Source: Gammaproteobacteria bacterium
GTDB taxonomy: Bacteria > Pseudomonadota > Gammaproteobacteria > Pseudomonadales > Pseudohongiellaceae
DNA length: 46,632 nucleotides
Assembly (NCBI GenBank): GCA_038104835.1
Contig: JAYOBL010000004.1
Location: 30,953-77,584 of the forward strand
Reading direction: 5' to 3'
Of the stretch, positions 45,201 to 46,632 are shown in pieces. Positions within the stretch are counted from its first letter, which is position 1. Every line of letters starts with the position of its first letter. The position numbers were made by a program, and so were the translations under genes. The notes under the pieces are model-generated. The model had not been told where the DNA came from. It saw only the letters and a program-made list of their open reading frames with translations, and searched no databases.

Positions 45201-46631
45201 GACGGGTGCCGTTGTCGCGCGCGCGCTAAATGTGACAGACATCCATCCCGAGGAAAACGCTGTTGCGCCGCCGACTATAGACGCGTCTGCGGTTTCACCT
45301 GCAGTGCCTTGGGTCTTGTCCCAAGCATAGGCGAGTAATTCGCCGGTGAGGCCTCTTCCCTTAGCGTTGAACCGAACCCGGTGAGTGCTGGCCCCGGTCG
45401 AGCCGCCGTCGAGCAAAAGAGCGTTCGTATTGAGGTACACTATGCCTCTCGTTGCCGTGACCTCGGTCCAACTTCCTCCATTGTCGGTCGAGTATTCGAT
45501 AGTTCCTAGATAGGGCGAACTAGGATTTCTGACACGATAGATGGCAATGCCTTTCGCATCGGCCGCGCCGTCGGCGTCGCTATAGTCCAGAAGCGTGAGA
45601 AGCTCAGCGACCGTTAGCCCCTGATTGTTAGCATTGTCTGTCGCATCGTCGTCGCCGTCTGTGCCGTCGCCGTCGTCGTCACCAGCCGTCACGAAACGGT
45701 CGTCCCTTACGTCGCCCGTGCGTAGCACCGGTGCCTCGTTCGTGCCAGTAATGTCGAAGGTGATGCTGCCGGTCACCGTCGAGGCAACCGAATCGGTTAG
45801 GCTCATGCTGAGCGTTGCCGCCGCAGTGCCGAAGGCATCGGCGACCGGTACATAGTCAACCGCGTCGGTGATATCGAGGTAAGCGTTGATCGCGCTCGCG
45901 CTGCCAACTAGTCGCACTTGGCTTGACGACACACGAGTCTCGGTGACGCTCACACTAGCGCCGTCCGCCGGTATGCCAAACTCGCCAGCCGACAGCGTAA
46001 GCAGCATCGTTAAGGTATCGCCGTCTACCTCGCCTGCGGTAATGTCAGACAACGCGATAGCTTCGGTCGTGTCTTCGGTAAAGGTTTGTGATGTCGGCAC
46101 GCCGCTGAGCGTCACCGGATCGTCCACCGCGGTGATGTTTATGTTTACTGTGCCAAGCGCGGCGGTGGACGTTCCGTCATTCGCCTGCAGGGTCAGCGTA
46201 GCCGCTGCCGTACCGCTCACTTCGGCGGCGGGGGTGTACTGAAGATTTGCCGCCGTATCTAAGTAGCTGTTTATTGCAGCCGGGCTACCCGCGAGAGTCA
46301 CGACCGTAGAGGAAACTAGAGTCTCTGTGACGCCTCCTGCTGAGCCATCGGCGGGGGTGTCAAACACGCCTGCCGAGGCGGTGATCGTGACGGTTAGATC
46401 GTCACCGTCTGAGTCTGCGAGCACGGCGGCGGACAGGTCTATGTTGTCCTTAGTATCCTCGGTAAAAGTAAGCGCTGAAGGCAGGCCGCTGACGGTGGGG
46501 TCGCTGTTGTCTGTTAAAGTGAGTCCGCTAGAGGTCACCAAATTGGACGCGTCACCGGTCATGCTGAAATTAAAAATTGAAGCGTTTGCTCCAGAAACTC
46601 TATCAGTCAATCGATAAATCGTGGTGTTATT
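42300..46631 (-). CDS. Giant repetitive surface/adhesin-like protein, C-terminal 1443 codons (N-terminus outside the window)
   Basis: The frame stays open to the window edge; the codons before the ORF-track TTG read NNTTIYR with no stop. It holds tandem repeats of about 125 aa with the TFTEDT....DGD.LT signature, Ig-like repeats, a Gly-rich beta-helix-like segment, and a C-terminal DLNGDGEPD calcium-loop-like motif. Confidence 0.85.
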   Translation of the reverse strand, partial: NNTTIYRLTDRVSGANASIFNFSMTGDASNLVTSSGLTLTDNSDPTVSGLPSALTFTEDTKDNIDLSAAVLADSDGDDLTVTITASAGVFDTPADGSAGGVTETLVSSTVVTLAGSPAAINSYLDTAANLQYTPAAEVSGTAAATLTLQANDGTSTAALGTVNINITAVDDPVTLSGVPTSQTFTEDTTEAIALSDITAGEVDGDTLTMLLTLSAGEFGIPADGASVSVTETRVSSSQVRLVGSASAINAYLDITDAVDYVPVADAFGTAAATLSMSLTDSVASTVTGSITFDITGTNEAPVLRTGDVRDDRFVTAGDDDGDGTDGDDDATDNANNQGLTVAELLTLLDYSDADGAADAKGIAIYRVRNPSSPYLGTIEYSTDNGGSWTEVTATRGIVYLNTNALLLDGGSTGASTHRVRFNAKGRGLTGELLAYAWDKTQGTAGETADASIVGGATAFSSGWMSVTFSARATTAPVISNLNRDFANYAIGAGPVAFDVGADAAVSHIGGGTFTSGTLDFSFGGFSGQDSIRFATSLGVAVTSESSGGIVSVGGVDVGTFAGISDFVTRVRVTLNSDATLSRINTLIRSLVYDNSSSTPATHVRELLTALTFDSALWTTESYVRLVSNDLDATLTAGTGVTEPVALPTTADTVGEALDLLDFTLTDGGTADALALGVSQVVLNVSGTATDAQRGQITWRLNGPDASDVAGTYSAGADTITFSGLSISVADGASETYTVNAYFNDSANMTDNATIILSVDGDTDLTTSGTGMGTTTAVTNSSGTLTTVAATKLAYATEPAGSASGVAFTTQPVVHALDAVNNLDLDFTETITLSASGGGSLSGDVDIAATAGVATFAGVAYAASADKESFTVSADDEASGGDLVAITSGSLSSEVTATRLVFQVQPTPRSAFTGDTLTFAPALTVAAVDSAGVVDSDYTTSVSVSETGGAGSVVFAFAGDTDADEATVTMNAVAGLASFSGLTSRYAAATGSDETYTLAANSSSFAQVLSLALTSSPVPPPPDPTIRGKVDRTGTTSTDPEVGEEGELTGGEVCGDAKSEGKITDVTLCGGATITGGEVGGDISGDPDDPATLSGVTVLPGSRLSNVNVGADVILLKGVIIGDNVGFASFLNMPSGVALTNTLEFIPVPGREGQTALDLRGEAIAGAATEPRTSYLELVADVPEFDEPGAAIRQQPQGEIEMEFPDSESRMVPIRVAKTDTPTADETGFRYDEDGNLSIRLPSSLEVIMYPMFTDDDALLAAIEKEDSAYGLKYGVDSYFEITKDTETGLAATLPRYVGRPGLSAVKLAAGTERELGFFTYPSPFLANVDAVSLITRSEDGTLMEQEMVPTPRDWLQFKARVGQEKRSSRVSINPRGLITVREAGGKEFHALADYEVTPNAAFAKEGRPIVFINVGDLNGDGEPDYHSYYANGDRQTIYVLPAP
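45735..46499 (-). repeat. Two tandem in-frame coding repeats of about 125 codons (cadherin-like type) within the adhesin
   Basis: aa 38-165 and 166-292 align along their whole length: SGLPSALTFTEDT...DGDDLTVTITASAGVF..PADG...VTET.VSS..V.L.GS..AIN.YLD against SGVPTSQTFTEDT...DGDTLTMLLTLSAGEF..PADG. Confidence 0.85.
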
Positions 46632-46632
46632 G

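Overview
Gene-dense chromosomal window with about 31 CDS. I found no rRNA or tRNA genes, no CRISPR array, and no transposase, integrase or phage genes. The source is a fairly GC-rich Gram-negative, most likely a marine-type gammaproteobacterium; that guess rests on GltBD, GlpQ and YnjBCD-like proteins and the many exported hydrolases and TonB-dependent functions.

Gene content, left to right:
- The 3' part of a YnjBCD-like ABC importer.
- An orphan response regulator with an intact REC domain and a degenerate EAL domain.
- A run of exported enzymes: an NHL propeller, three alpha/beta-type hydrolases and a dienelactone hydrolase.
- Small membrane-anchored proteins of unknown function, a one-domain asparaginase-like protein, an EamA transporter, a stand-alone HNH protein and an SDR.
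- A TonB-dependent receptor and glpQ.
- A minus-strand envelope cluster: a PLP-dependent DcyD/ACC-deaminase-like enzyme, a PD40 propeller lipoprotein, a 1157-aa M1+M28+PDZ fusion peptidase and a CBM9/DUF5916-type outer-membrane protein.
- A Tat-exported xanthine-dehydrogenase-family molybdoenzyme (FeS, Mo and FAD subunits), followed after a strong terminator by a cytochrome b gene.
- An 896-bp non-coding gap upstream of gltBD.
- gltB and gltD.
- The C-terminal 1443 codons of a giant repeat adhesin that runs off the right edge.

I found no classical defence or mobile system. The most unusual items:
- The dual-catalytic-domain peptidase and its gene neighbourhood.
- The periplasmic molybdoenzyme with a possible cytochrome b partner.
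- The structured gltB upstream gap, which holds four exactly phased 15-bp tandem repeats and an array of TGACAA/TTGTCA hexamers.
- The degenerate EAL regulator.
- The adhesin, which lacks RTX repeats.

All functional calls come from reading motifs in the translations by eye. No database search was run.
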